Below, piece by piece: positions 15,988-42,550 of a stretch of 64,000 bases of DNA (its first letter is position 1; each line of letters begins with the position of its first letter). The stretch is from the human T2T-CHM13v2.0 reference genome, Homo sapiens: NCBI RefSeq assembly GCF_009914755.1, contig NC_060947.1; one strand, 5' to 3'. Below the pieces are notes generated by a model. It was not told where the DNA came from and ran no database searches. It saw nothing but the letters and a program-made list of their open reading frames with translations. Made by a program: the position numbers and the translations under genes.

Positions 15988-16481
15988 TCAGAGAGATAAG
16001 CTTCTGAGCACCAAAGATGAACAGGCTTCACACTTGAGATCCAGATCCAGAAGTCCAGGACCAAGATGCATTCAAAATATAGGGACTCTTATAGAAGTTT
16101 CTCCAGCATTACAGAAGGATCCAAAAAGACTACAACTCCAGTATAAGGACTGGATCTATTCCCTAACTCCCCTGTCCCTGGGGACTACAGAGATGGTTGC
16201 CTTGGCTATGAGCAGAGCTAGAGAAGAAAAAAATAAAGGGAAACGTATCCCTCAGAAGTTGTTGCCACATACCTGCCCTTATGCAAGTTTGTACCCCAGG
16301 GACCCATAGCCCCAATGAACAGGGTCCATCAAGCCCTGAACTTGGTTGTTGCAATCTGGATTGGAAGTGCTCCCAAGTGGCTGACTGAATCAAATCACAA
16401 AGTCTCTTTAACCTAGGCCTTTGGAGGCCACCAAAAATAATTGTCCAAAGGCAATGAAAGGCATGGGGTCAGGGACAGTAC

Positions 16482-17103
16482 TGATATAGGAGTTAAGAAG
16501 AAAGTACTTAGGTGGATAGTGAGGGTATGGTAACGGGAGTCCTCAGTAAGGTATTCCTTTTAATGAAAAGCAGCCCCCAAATCATTTTATTTTCTAACAA
16601 AGAGCAGCCTGTAAAATCGAGCTGCAGATAGAGACAAGCAAGCCTGAATTTTGCACGGGTGAATGCCGGTAGTTGTGACAATAGGAAAAGTCATGATCAA
16701 GATGGCAGCTCCACCTTCCCTTCTTTTTGCCAGCCATGTAAGGAGCAGACAAGATGGTGCCAGCCAAGTGGCAAGCCCATTTGCATAATAAGATGAGGTG
16801 GGGCGACTGGCTTTCCCCACGCACAATGTAAATGTCACACCTGGTCCAACCAATCTGTGGGCCCTATGTAAATCAGACACTGCCTACTCAAGCCTGCCTA
16901 TAAAATCTGCTGCAGTCCACTGCAGGCCGGCTTTTCACTTTCAGACGCCTCTCTCTCGCAAGAGAGAGCTGCTCTCCTCTCTCCTTTCTTCTGCCTATTA
17001 GACTTTCTGCTCCTTAACCTACCCACATGTGTCTGTGTCCTTAATCTTCTTGGCGCAAGATGACGAACCCCGGGTATTTACCCTAGACAATGATGCTGCT
17101 TCA
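16482..17103 (+). mobile_element. ERV1 solo LTR (LTR9-like)
   Basis: TG...CA ends, 4-bp TSD gtac (16478-81 and 17104-07), TATA-like cctataaaa ~16897. The start tgatataggagttaagaagaaa resembles LTR9. Confidence 0.8.
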
Positions 17104-17330
17104 GTACTAGAAAGCAAGGCATCATGAATGTGAACCAGCTGATACAACAGCAGAAGGAGATTTTAACAATTTCAGATATTATCGGACAAGTTTCCAGAAA
17201 TAAATGGCAAACTTGAAAACATTCACAAGACAGAAAGCTAGAAAATTGACATGGCAGGTTTGAAAAAGAAATGAACCGAACTTCTAGAGATGGAAAACTC
17301 AATAACCAAACTTAAGAACGCAGTGGATAT

Positions 17331-17947
17331 TGTGAACCCTAAATATCTGAGACAGGTCACAACCAATTTAGAAAGTTTATTTTGTCAAAGTTAAGGAAGT
17401 GCCCGTGATACAGCCTCGGGAGGCCGTGACAACATGTGCCCAAAGTGGTTGGAGCACAGCTTGGTTTTATACATTTTACAGAGACATGAGACATCAATCA
17501 ATATATGTAAGATGTACATTGATTTGGTCTGGAAAGGCGGGACAACTCAGGCCAGGGGGAGGGCTTCCTGGTCATAAGTAGCTAAGAGACAAACAGTTGC
17601 ATTCTTTTGAGTTTCTGATTAGCCTTTCATTGAATGGACAATTTACATGTGAGGGGAGGGTAGAGGAACAGTCACTAATGCCTTAGTCTGGCTTAGTGAA
17701 ATAATAGGGCAGAGGAAGGGGATCTCAGGAGCCTCAGAGGGATCCCATCTGTCCTTTGTCTACAAGGAATTTCCTTGTGGGTGAATTGTGAGGGAGGTCT
17801 GTAGCTTTTTTTTTTTTTTTTTTTTCATCTTTGTAGCTATGTTATTTAGAAATAAAATGGGAGGCAGGTTTGCCTGACGCAGTTCCCAGCTTGAGTTTTC
17901 CCTTGGTTTAGCGATTTGGGGGTACTGAAATTTATTTTCCTTTCACA
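17331..17947 (-). mobile_element. MER4A-like ERV1 solo LTR
   Basis: Reverse strand starts tgtgaaaggaaaataaat; 4-bp TSD atat. Inserted in an old L1M remnant. Confidence 0.85.
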
Positions 17948-17992
17948 ATATATTGAACAGATTGGACACATCTTATTAATCTCCCAGTTTAA

Positions 17993-18310
<318 letters not shown>

Positions 18311-18948
18311 ATTAATTAGCAAACTGGAAAGCAGATCGGGACAAATTACCCAGCATTGAGCAAAGAAAGAAAAGAAGGGGAAAAAAATCTCTGCCAGCCC
18401 AACTGGGAGTTCTGGAGTGGAGATTGCCAGTTAAAGAGGTCCCACACTGGGCAGAAGTGGCCAGGCCCAAGTTTCACTGAGCAGTCTTTGAAAGTGCTGG
18501 ATGTTTGATAAACGTCTACAACTTTTATTTAAAGATAAGGATGGAAGGTGATCCTTCCTCTGTGAATAATAATTAAAAACCAGACAAGAAAATAATCTCT
18601 TTATATACTTGGGGTAAAGGGGGCACAGTGAGTGATACATTTGATAACTCAGTTTAATGAACAAACTTTTTAGCCACCTGTCCTGGCAATATACACATGT
18701 AGAAATAATAGATAAATTAAAAGGTTTGTATATGTTTTATAAATAAAATAAAGGAGAAGGCATCTCAGATAAATTTAACCATCATTTAGGGAAAAAATTG
18801 GAAATAAAAGGTCAAATAAATCATCTTCTGCGCCTTAAAACTTTTTAAAACCACATTTTAAATGTGAGGTGGAGGAGGGAGAGGAGGGGGAACAGGGGAA
18901 GATAGGAGAAAGAGGAGAGAGGGAGAAAGAAGCAAATTAAAAAACAAA

Positions 18949-19318
<370 letters not shown>

Positions 19319-19344
19319 TCACTGTCAAAGTCAATATGATAAAT

Positions 19345-19711
19345 TATTGTGCAAAAATACTCCATCCCTCTCCTCTACTTCTGTGGAAGGACTCTATTTC
19401 ACCACATCTTAACTTCAAACTTGGCTACATGTTGGGCCAGTGGAATGTTAACAGATGTGCCACAAGCAGAGGCTTCAAAAATGCCTGTGCAGTTGAGTGT
19501 GTCTTCTGGTGCCCCTGCATCATCACGAGAAGTGCCTTGCCTAAACCTCTGAATCAAGGATGATGAGAGACACATGGAGCTAATGAAAATCCAGCTTAAA
19601 CCATCAGACCCCCCAGCTGACCCACAGACACGTAAGCAAAATCAATGTTTATTGCTGTATACCATAGAAACGTTGCATTTTGTCATTACTTACCAATAGC
19701 TGACTGATACA
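19345..19711 (+). mobile_element. MLT1-type MaLR LTR
   Basis: ttgggccagtggaatgt..., ending aatagctgactgataca. Confidence 0.65.
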
Positions 19712-20156
19712 ATAATTATATCTGTTCTAAATGTTCTAAAGAAAGGACATTTTTTAAAAATGAAAAGCTTACATAAGCAAATGTATAGTGGTCCATGAAA
19801 TACTTTGAATCAAGTAGAAGACATTGGACAGACCAAAATACAATTCAAAGTTTTTTCTCATTAGAATCACAAAAGCCACAAGAAGTGATACTGCAGTGGC
19901 TGGAGAACCTGCTAGGGAATCAATGCATCAAAGCCATGGAATGACTGAGCATCAGTCAATTCTATGCTTTGGTCTTGACTACTGAGAACACAAATAATGT
20001 TAACATAGCTAGACACCAGGTCAAGAACACTAGGTCAAATCATTGTTGGGCATATGCTAATGTATTGACTACATAAATGTCAATAAATCACTGGGATTGT
20101 AGAAAATCCTCCTACAAGTTTTGAAGTCATTCACTGTTAAAACAATAAAAACATAT

Positions 20157-20896
20157 GTGGCAGATTGTTTCAGTAATTATCTCAAATTTGGTCACAGCTT
20201 TCTATATCCGTGTCCTTAAGTAGTCCACTTGTACAATGATTGTGGGCTTCACTATGTGACTTTTGCCCAATGGAACAACAGTAAATGAGATGCAAATGAA
20301 AGCAGGGAAACTGACAGCACTCTGGGGCTAACTAGTCTTTGGAGCTCTGATACCATCATGTAAAAGAGAGCAGGTGTATTAGTCTGTTCTCATGCTGCTA
20401 ATAGAGACATATCCAAAACAGGGTAATTTATAAAGGTAAGAGGTTTAATGGATTCACATTTCCACATGGCTGGGTGGGGGGGCCTCACAATCATGGTGGA
20501 AGGCAAAGGAGAAGCAAAGGCATGTCTTACATGGCAGCAGGCAGAAGAGAGCATGTGTAAGGAAACTGCCCTTTGTAAAACTATCAGATCTCATGAGACT
20601 TACTCACTACCATGAGAACAGCATGGGGGAAACTGGCCTCATGATTCAATTATCTTCACCTGGCCCCACCCTTGACATGTGGGAATTATTACAATTCTAG
20701 GTGAGATTTGGGTGGGGACACAGCCAAACCATATCAGCAGGCTAGCCTACTGGAAGATGAGCAGATCGTGTGGAGCAGACTACCCATCTGAGCACAGCCC
20801 AAACTGGCAAGCCTCAGAATTGTGAGCAAATAGATTATTGTTGTTTTAAACCATTACATCTTGGGGGGTGATTATACAGTAAAAGCTACCTGATAC
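20157..20896 (+). mobile_element. MLT1-type MaLR LTR, interrupted by a THE1 LTR
   Basis: Starts tgtggcagatt and ends aaaagctacctgataca. Confidence 0.65.
20375..20736 (-). mobile_element. THE1 (C/D-like) MaLR solo LTR
   Basis: Reverse strand starts tgatatggtttggctgtgtccccaccc; 5-bp TSD gcagg at 20370-74 and 20737-41. Confidence 0.9.
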
Positions 20897-21001
20897 ACTG
20901 TGTGAGTGACCTCATGTGAATGCCTTTGCAATTCTTATCCAAAAGAAAGTGCAGCTTGTTTTTACCTTTAAGAAGTTGGTAGAAACCTTAATAAAGATAA
21001 T

Positions 21002-21069
21002 ATTGAAATCTGGGGATTGAAATCTGTGATTGAAATCTGGTGATTGCAAAATGTGATTGAAATCTGGGG
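21002..21069. repeat. Short minisatellite, ~5 copies of a 13-14-bp unit (gattgaaatctg-g/t)
   Basis: attgaaatctggg / gattgaaatctgt / gattgaaatctggt / gattgcaaaatgt / gattgaaatctggg. Confidence 0.85.
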
Positions 21070-21084
21070 AGATATGTGAGTCAA

Positions 21085-22040
21085 CTTTGACACCTTCCTC
21101 AGCCTGCATCTACCCATCACCAAAGTCTGTTGTTCTTATCTCCTATACATCTGAACTCCTTCTCTCCATGTCCACTGGCACCATCCTAGTCCAGGCTCTC
21201 AGCTGGAGTAGTAACCAGGGATTCCTCTTAACCCATCTCCCTGCAGCCACCCTGGCCCCACTTTGAAGATCTGTTCTCCATGCAACAGTCAGAACAATCA
21301 TTTTAAAAGCAAATCTGACCATGCCGTCTCCCCCAACTTAAGATCCTTCATTCACTCTCATTTATCTTAGGATAAAAACCGCTCTATTTCCTGGGACCTA
21401 CAGCCCTTCCCAGGATATGCTGCTCCCCATCTCCAGCCTCCAGCCCTTCCTTCAGTTCTGCTGAAGGGTGGTGGCTCCTCCTGCCACAGAGCCTTTTTGT
21501 GTGCTGTTGCTTTTGCCTTGGATTCTGCACCTCTTGCTCCCCACTCTCCTTCCCACCTTCTCATCTCATCTCAGGCATCACTTACTCAGGGAAGCCTTTT
21601 CTGGCCCCCAGGTCCAGGTTATATTCTTCTCCTTTATTTGTACTTTTATCTCATTTTTTTTGATTGGATATACTTACGTTTGTATAATCATAAGATTGAT
21701 GTCTGTATTCCCAACTACAGTATAAACTCTAGAAAGCAAAGAATGCTGAATTTTGCTCACCCGTAGAGTTCTAATATCAGGCATTGTACCTGTCAAGCCT
21801 AGTGCCTGACACATAACTGACACTCAGTATGTATTTGTTGATGGAATGGATGGTTTGATATGCGAGTTGCAATTGTAGTACTTGGCATACAAAACATACT
21901 CAATAGATATTTGCTGAATGAATACGGAATGAATGAATAAGCCTGGAATGAGGAGGGGCTGGAAAATAAGAAACCATATCTTACATGACATGTAGCATTG
22001 CTTCTTGCACATAGTAAGCCAAATAAGTATTTTCAGAATG
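21085..22040 (+). mobile_element. L2 3' region with repeated L2-type tails
   Basis: ccaccatcctagtccagg-like and aaaagcaaatctgaccatg motifs; tails of the type gtgcctgacaca...tttgttgatggaatg / tttgctgaatgaat. Confidence 0.65.
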
Positions 22041-22554
22041 AACAACTAACTAGGAAATTTTGAAGGGATAAATAGGAATATGGACAGCAAGAGAACAAGA
22101 ATTTGTTTCCTTTATACTTGAAATAATCCTGAATTAAGTGGCCTCCTTTGTGTAGATACGAAACTAATCTGCAAACAAAAAGTAAATTTAAATGGGTACC
22201 TCTCTGGATGTAGAGCTGGAAACAGTGGTGAGTTTCTATAGGACAATACCTTGGGATCATAATTACCTAACATTTCTATACAGTCTACAGGATGAATTTT
22301 CTAGGTTTGTACGACACTAACATCTTCCCAGTAGAGAAATGAGCACAAACTATAGTCAACTTTTCCTAAACATAAATAAAAATCAAAATAGAACATACAT
22401 ATTAGCCTGTCCCCCTAATTGCCCCCCTTATTAACCTTGTTTAAAGCCTCATCAGCTCTCAAATGTACACAGATGTTTAAAAAGTCACCCAAGCTGCAGA
22501 AAATCTGCCCACAAAGTTTGAAGTAACCCACAGGTGATACAATGAAACCCTCTG

Positions 22555-22765
22555 CTATAGATTGCTGCAATGATGGGCCCCAATTTTGTCAGACCTCTCT
22601 GTATCCATGCCTTTGATTGGTTTCCACGTGCACAAGTGCACTGAATCAGGGCTTGACCATGTGATTTGCTTTGCCCACAGAATCATGAGCAACAAAATGA
22701 TTGTTTTTTTTAAGGCTTTATGTTTGGGGTTCATTTTGCTACTCAGCAAAAACTAACTGCCCCAA
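22555..22765 (+). mobile_element. MLT1-type LTR remnant (internally deleted)
   Basis: gaccatgtgatttgctttgccc motif; MLT1-like ends. Confidence 0.5.
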
Positions 22766-22921
22766 TGTTGCCACTGTAGCAGAGTTTTCTACACATGAAT
22801 CTGATATGTCATTCCATTACTTAAAAGCCTTCAAGAACCATCATCTCTTAGGAACCAGGGACTAGCCAAGGAGGTCTCTCTCAGAAGAAAAGTCAAGATT
22901 CATTCAGGAATTTGGTAAGGG

Positions 22922-22979
22922 GTGTGTATGTGTGTGTGTGTGTGTGTGTGCGCGTGCGCACGTCCACGCGTGCATGTGT
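22922..22979. repeat. (TG)n grading into alternating CG/CA purine-pyrimidine tract
   Basis: gtgtgtatgtgtgtg...tgcgcgtgcgcacgtccacgcgtgcatgtgt. Confidence 0.9.
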
Positions 22980-23888
22980 TTGGGGCAGAGAATGGCTCAG
23001 TGTCCATTAAATTACATATGTTTCTGTAGAATCTAATCTAGTGGCAAGTTTTAACCTTATTTTGAAAACTCAAAGACTTTTGGGGATTTTTCTTTTCTTT
23101 TTGCCATACACGACATTGACAGAGTTCTAAGTCTTAGGGAAAGATAAATGTTTGTAGTCATTCTCTCCTTGAATTTTTTTTTTTTTGATGCATACTTAGC
23201 ATCTTAGTGCAATACTCTGTTTAGGAAGCAACCCCCTTCACATTGTTAAATAGTGATAAATAGGTCCAGATGTTTTACTTTAAAAGGACATTTTAGTTAA
23301 TGTTCCTTGAGGAGAAGCAATAGTAACCAATGTTGCCCATTTGTCTGGTCATTTTGGGCTCCAGATGGCTGCATCAATGCTTCAGGAAATAGGAATGTTT
23401 TATTGAGCTGGGAGATTAAATATATGTGGAGCCACTTGTACCACTTTGGGAGGAGTTTTCAGTTTAAGCCTACAGCATTTCTGGTAAAACTCACATGAAG
23501 TGTGACAAAGTAATCAGAACCGCTTGCTATTGCAACAGGGAACTGTTATTGTCTTTTCCACAGCTGAGAATTTATAGAACTGTCCCTCAGCCTACTAGCA
23601 GAAAAGCACTTTGGAGTATTACCAACTGGATTTGCAAAGGATGTAGTTTCAGGACAAAGAAGAAATATATACAATGTGTGTCTCCGAGATCATTAATTAA
23701 ATATCCTATCCAAAGTCCTTAAAAATGGGATTACCCAGCTGAAATGCCAGTAGGATGCCAGTAGGGGATTGCTTTGAAGTTACTGTTGGTTTAAAGACTT
23801 GAAATAGATGTCTCGTAAAATTTGCCTGATTAGTTGTAAGTGATTGCTGTGGCAATGATATATGATTGTAAACATCACTCCACACTAA

Positions 23889-24251
<363 letters not shown>

Positions 24252-24287
24252 TAGTTGATCAAGTGACAGAAATCCAAATTGAACTAG

Positions 24288-24752
24288 CTATAGTAGATTG
24301 CAAACTATCAAAATTCTTTTCCTCCCTTCCCAAGGTGTAGTCTATTTCTCCAACCTTTGCACCTGGATTGACCATGTGGCTGGCTTTGGCCAATGGGACA
24401 CTAAAAAATGTGATGCAATCAGAAGCTTGAAAAGTGCTTGCACATTGAGGCTTGCCCTCTCTAGCAGCAAACAGAATCCTGCAATTGCCGCGGGGAGAAG
24501 GCGAACTGGCCTACTGAAAACAAGAAATAACGTGGCTCCCCCACCTCCACAGCACCCCAGCCAATAGACAACCACCTGTCGGCCCATAAGTGAGGTCATC
24601 CTCTGGACAACCCAGCTGCCAGCTGACCACAAATGCATGAGTTAGCGCAGGTGAGATCAACTAAGGCAGCCCAGCGCAGAGTCCTCTAGCTGACCCACAT
24701 TATCAGGAGATAATAAATGCTGGTTTTACGCCACTGTCGTAAAGGAGGGAGT
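24288..24752 (+). mobile_element. MLT1-type MaLR LTR
   Basis: gaccatgtggctggctttggccaatggg and agaagcttgaaaagtgcttgcacattg; aataaatgctggttttacgccact near the end. Confidence 0.7.
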
Positions 24753-25097
24753 GACGCAGTAAAAGCTACCTACTTAGCTGCTTTTTTTTTTTAAAAGCTT
24801 AAAACAAAGAAAATTTGTTGCACGACCCTGTGTGTTCTGAGACTGAGCTAAGTAGAAGAAAGATTGGATGTACTTGGGCCTCAGGAACAACCAGAACTAA
24901 GTATATGGATGTCAGCACAAAATAAAAGATGAAGATATTTTAAAGGCTCATATCTGGTAAGCAATTAAAAAGTCAAATGTTGACCAAAACAGGAGTTCAA
25001 ATCCACTGTTTTTTTTTTTTTTTTTTTTTTTACCCTTTGAAGTGCTTCCTCCCACTTTTTTTCCCCATGCTCCCCGCTGCCGCCATTTTACCCTCCG

Positions 25098-25417
<320 letters not shown>

Positions 25418-25419
25418 TA

Positions 25420-29000
<3,581 letters not shown>

Positions 29001-29295
29001 CCCTCCCCTCCTAGTTCAAAAATTGTCTTCTTGGCTAAATATGTTTAAGTCATTGCCCAGCATATTGTAAAAGTACTAATTATGTATATTCATATATTTA
29101 AAATATTCTTGTAAGCATATTTATGCTTACAAACAGGAAAGCACTACTTTCTTTCCAAATAACATTTTAGAAAATTATAATGATGAGGATAGCTATTGGC
29201 TAATATACTACCTTCTGTGGTCAAAATTCCAGAGCACTATTTAAAGTACTTCACAAATATTTATCCTGTTTTCTGGTGAGAACATTTAAATCCTC

Positions 29296-30726
29296 TTTTT
29301 TTTTTTAATTTTTATTTATTTTTTATTGATCATTCTTGGGTATTTCTTGCAGAGGGGGATTTGGCAGGGTCATAGGACAATAGTGGAGGGAAGGTCAGCA
29401 GATAAACAAGTGAACAAAGGTCTCTGGTTTTCCTAGGCAGAGGACCCTGCGGCCTTCCGCAGTGTTTGTGTCCCTGGGTACTTGAGATTAGGGAGTGGTG
29501 ATGACTCTTAACGAGCCTGCTGCCTTCAAGCATCTGTTTAACAAAGCACATCTTGCACCGCCCTTAATCCATTTAACCCTGAGTGGACACAGCACATGTT
29601 TCAGAGAGCACAGGGTTGGGGGTAAGGTCATAGATCAACAGGATCCCAAGGCAGAAGAATTTTTCTTAGTACAGAACAAAATGAAAAGTCTCCCATGTCT
29701 ACCTCTTTCTACACAGACATGGCAACCATCCGATTTCTCAATCTTTTCCCCACCTTTCCCCCCTTTCTATTCCACAAAACTGCCATTGTCATCATGGCCC
29801 GTTCTCAATGAGCTGTTGAGTACACCTCCCAGACGGGGTGGTGGCCGGGCAGAGGGGCTCCTCACTTCCCAGTAGGGGCGGCCGGGCAGAGGCGCCCCTC
29901 ACCTCCCGGACGGGGCGGCTGGCTGGGCAGGGGGCTGACCCCCCCCCACCTCCCTCCCGGACGGGGCAGCTGCCGGGTGGAGGGGCTCCTCACTTCTCAG
30001 ACGGGGCGGCCGGGCAGAGACGCTCCTCACCTCCCAGACGGGGTCGCAGCCGGGCAGAGACGCTCCTCACTTCCTAGATGGGATGGCGGCCGGGCAGAGA
30101 CGCTCCTCACTTTCCAGACTGGGCAGCCGGGCAGAGGGGCTCCTCACATCCCAGACGATGGGCGGCCAGGCAGAGATGCTCCTCACTTCCTAGACAGGAT
30201 GGCGGCCGGGCAGAGACGCTCCTCACTTTCCAGACTGGGCAGCCAGGCAGAGGGGCTCCTCACATCCGAGACGATGGGCGGCCAGGCAGAGACGCTCCTC
30301 ACTTCCCAGACGGGGTGGTGGCCGGGCAGAGGCTGCAATCTCGGCACTTTGGGAGGCCAAGGCAGGCGGCTGGGAGGTGGAGGTTGTAGCGAGCCGAGAT
30401 CACACCACTGCACCCCAGCCTGGGCACCATTGAGCACTGAGTGAACGAGACTCCGTCTGCAATCCCGGCACCTCGGGAGGCCGAGGCTGGCGGATCACTC
30501 GCGGTTAGGAGCTGGAGACCAGCCCAGCCAACACAGCGAAACCCTGTTTCCACCAAAAAAATACGAAAAACAGGCGTGGCGGCGCGCGCCTGCAATCGCA
30601 GGCACTCGGCAGACTGAGGCAGGAGAATCAGGCAGGGAGGTTGCAGTGAGCCGAGATGGCAGCAGTACAGTCCAGCTTTGGCTCGGCATCAGAGGGAGAC
30701 TGTGGAAAGAGAGGGAGAGGGAGAGC
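29296..30726 (-). mobile_element. SVA retrotransposon (C/D-like, ~1.43 kb; short hexamer and VNTR)
   Basis: Poly-T, SINE-R, GC-rich VNTR, Alu-like domain and (GAGAGG)n in order on +. TSD taaatcctctt at 29287-97 and 30727-37; L1-endonuclease-type TCTT/AA site. Confidence 0.96.
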
Positions 30727-31430
30727 TAAATCCTCTTAAAAACATGTTATTTAGGGTATTGCAAAGGATAGATCAAACCACCTTAAAGGGGGAGAAATGT
30801 GGAGCAGAAGTTTCTCATGTAACCTATCAGCTTTAGAGCTAGATTCATGGCCACAGAGGCATCAGTGATCTTTCTCACAGCAGACGGAATCGGAGAGAAT
30901 CCTCCCCAGAAAATGGTATCTGACCTGAAAACTCTGGGTGCCCATCTCTACTGTGTTCTGGCCAATGAAGAAGGAAGACTTCCTTTCCAACTGCAATCCA
31001 GAAAGGTCTGGGGAAGAACTTTGGCCCAACCGGAACCATGTGCCCACCCCTCAGACTTAGTGTGACAATGGGATGAAGAGACTACAGTTAGCAGTTCCAG
31101 AAGCACATGGATGAAGTGAGGTAGGAGCAGCCTCCTAAAGATCATTTTGTTAAGATAGATAGCAAATATTCTCCGATTAAAGCCTATAATCCAGTTGTGA
31201 GCCAAGCTATCTAAACACAGCAGAATACAATGCAAAGCCTTACCAAAGACTCCTTTTTAAATGGCCATTGTAAGTTCCAGTTTTCTAAGAAGTTATAACA
31301 AACTCTTATGTACTTAATAACAGACCCCCAATATATAGAGCAAAAATTGACAGAAATATGAGGATAGACAAACCCATAATTACAGTGGGAGGTACTAACC
31401 TACTTGCACAGTTTACTGTATCAAGAAAAT

Positions 31431-38255
<6,825 letters not shown>

Positions 38256-39553
38256 ATCATTGAGGATATAGACAATCTGAACCATGCAATTACGTTTGAT
38301 TTAATAGAAATAAGCAGCCAAGAACCCATTCCGTCGTGACTGATACTGAAACAGTAGTCTTAGCTCACTGGGTTACCTTCCAAAATTCATTCCAAGAAGA
38401 TTTACATAGACATTGACATTATAGAAAGATGGCCTAAACTATCACATAGGGAAGTTAGAATTCACTTACTACTTCCGTCTCTCATCCTTTTTTTCCTCCT
38501 CCTCTTCCAATGAGTTAGAAACTCGATGCCTCTGAAGTCATCCCGTTAGATTAATAGCAGATCTGTAACTAGGGTAATGTTCTTTCTATTTGTCCATATT
38601 ATTATTAATTTTTTTTTACCATGTGTATAGTCTCAGTAATGAAGTAGAAATCTGGTAAATGGAGACAAACTACATTTATGTGTCTCATGTATATCTGTAA
38701 CAATTTTGGTGAGAAAGACCCCATGGAAAAACCAATATACTTGCTAAAATTCCTACTAGAAAGTCATTTGGAAATTGATCAGGGCAGCCACGAGCTGAAT
38801 AAGGAGCACATGAAAAATTAGAATCTGCTGGAAGAATAAAATATAGTCTGTTCAAAACCCAAAACCTCTTCAAAAAGGTGGAGGCCCTGGGGCATCTGCT
38901 GCTCATTCTTGCATAGAGGAAGTACTCTTGTCAAAAGGCAAGTAATGTAATGAGTCAAGTAAAGGAAATGTTTATTATATGGATTCTTAAAAAAAGTAAA
39001 TGGGAACTATTTATTACTTGTCGGTAATTGTGAGTTTTATGGCTGTGACTTCTTATTTGCTGCCAAACAAGCAAGTAAGTGCTGTATCTCCTAGCGACTC
39101 CCTCCATCACCATTCCTGGTACTCTGTTGTCAAATGGCCTGTCAGTTGGTTTTTATTCTAGCATATGTTTTTAGTAAGTTTTCAAAGTGGGGAATAGTTA
39201 AATCTATTTCTCCTTTTCAGAAGTCTTAACATTGCTTGGAAGCTATTAACAAGATTGAAATCCATAGAAAAAAAAAGATTGAAGAGGAATTTGCTGCAAT
39301 GTTAACAGTAGTTATCTCTTAGCAATGAAACTTTAGTTAATTTTCCTTTCCTCTTTGAACTTATTTTTCTACTGTGAACATAAATTGCAAAATCAGAAGG
39401 AAAAAAGACACTAAAATAGAAAGCATTTATGGCAAAGGTCATTTAAAGTTATTCCATTTCTCAAGGCAATCATTTAATCTATAAAAGCAGAAGATATTTA
39501 CTGCCATCATTTATCCTTGTATCCTCCATAGCTCCTAGTTTTAAAAAAAAAAC

Positions 39554-39860
39554 AGCCAGGTGTAGTGATTCACACCTGTAATCCTAGCACTTTGGGAGGC
39601 CGAGGCGGGTGGATCACTAAGCCCAGGAGTTCGAGACCAGCTTGGGCAACATGGCAAAACCCTGTGTCTACAAAACATACAAAATTAGCCGGGCATGGTG
39701 GCATGTGCCTGTAGCCCCAGCTACTTGGGAGGCTGAGGTGGAAGAATCACCTGAACCCAAGGAGGTCAAGGCTGTAGTGAGCTGTGATTGAGCCACTGCA
39801 CTCCAGCCTGGGCAACAGAAAGAGACCCTGTCTCAAAGACAAAACAAACAAAAACCACAC
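39554..39860 (+). mobile_element. AluJ
   Basis: Sense Alu with gaggtcaaggctgtagtgagc. Confidence 0.88.
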
Positions 39861-40089
39861 ATAATAAAGGTTTGAAGTGTAAGGCACAATGCTAAGCATT
39901 GCAAGAGATAAGGAATTATCATAAACACATGTAAAGACTTTAAAATTACTCATCTTTATAAGGAACTTTGTGATATAAATGGTTTCTGTATTTTACAGAT
40001 AAAGTATCAGAGAGGCAAATGACTTGCTCAATGTTACATAGTGAGTGGCTGGGCTAGATTGGTTAGTAATGACCCTTTAAAAAGCAAAT

Positions 40090-40810
<721 letters not shown>

Positions 40811-41461
40811 GTGACCAAACCTGAATTGGATCTTTCTCTGTTGGAAACTCTGATCTTTCCTGTTGTATGCCACTGACTACCCATTCCTGCCAGCTTTCGA
40901 ACAGATGAAAGGGATAATGACCCAAATAACTGGACATAAAGGGGCCATGTCATACACATGTGTAACTTATATTCCACTAGATATAATTGGCAAAAAGGGA
41001 AGTCAACTTATGAGGCGAAATTATGTAGAGTCAAAATTACCTTTGGAAACACCTTAGGTCCAGGCAGAGAAAACAGCAAGTATAAAGGCCCAGAGGGAAG
41101 TAGAAGATGGGCTTAAGAGAGGTAGCAGGGCCCTGCAGCCCAAGATTGAAAAGCCTTGATCAACAAACACAACAAACTGAGTGGGATTTTAATAGATTTA
41201 ACAAAACACAGCAGATGCAGGTTTCTGAGCAAAACTGTAGTAAGATGGCTCAGAAAGCAAGCAGTTAGAGGAAGGAAGAAGAGATGGGGAATAATTGCAG
41301 CCATTCAGGGAAGAAACAAGGGAATGGCCATGTTGATGGAAGGGATGCGCTGGAATCAAAGCCTGCTGCAGAAGTTAAATCATGGCAGTTATTGACTAAG
41401 TAGATGTGGAGTGCAAAATCCAAGAAAAGAACATGAGTGATTAACATTTCGAAAAGTGTAT

Positions 41462-42550
<1,089 letters not shown>

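Noticed and set aside
21002-21069. CRISPR-like array
   Set aside because: Units are 13-14 bp with no unique spacers, in primate DNA; it is a simple minisatellite.
29330-30689. Multiple GC-rich ORFs
   Set aside because: They come from the SVA VNTR, Alu-like and SINE-R regions; repetitive and stop-poor by composition.
38340-39540. Unique stretch as a possible exon or processed pseudogene
   Set aside because: I found no convincing ORF, splice-site pair, poly(A)/TSD signature or recognisable protein. A homology search would be needed to reopen it.
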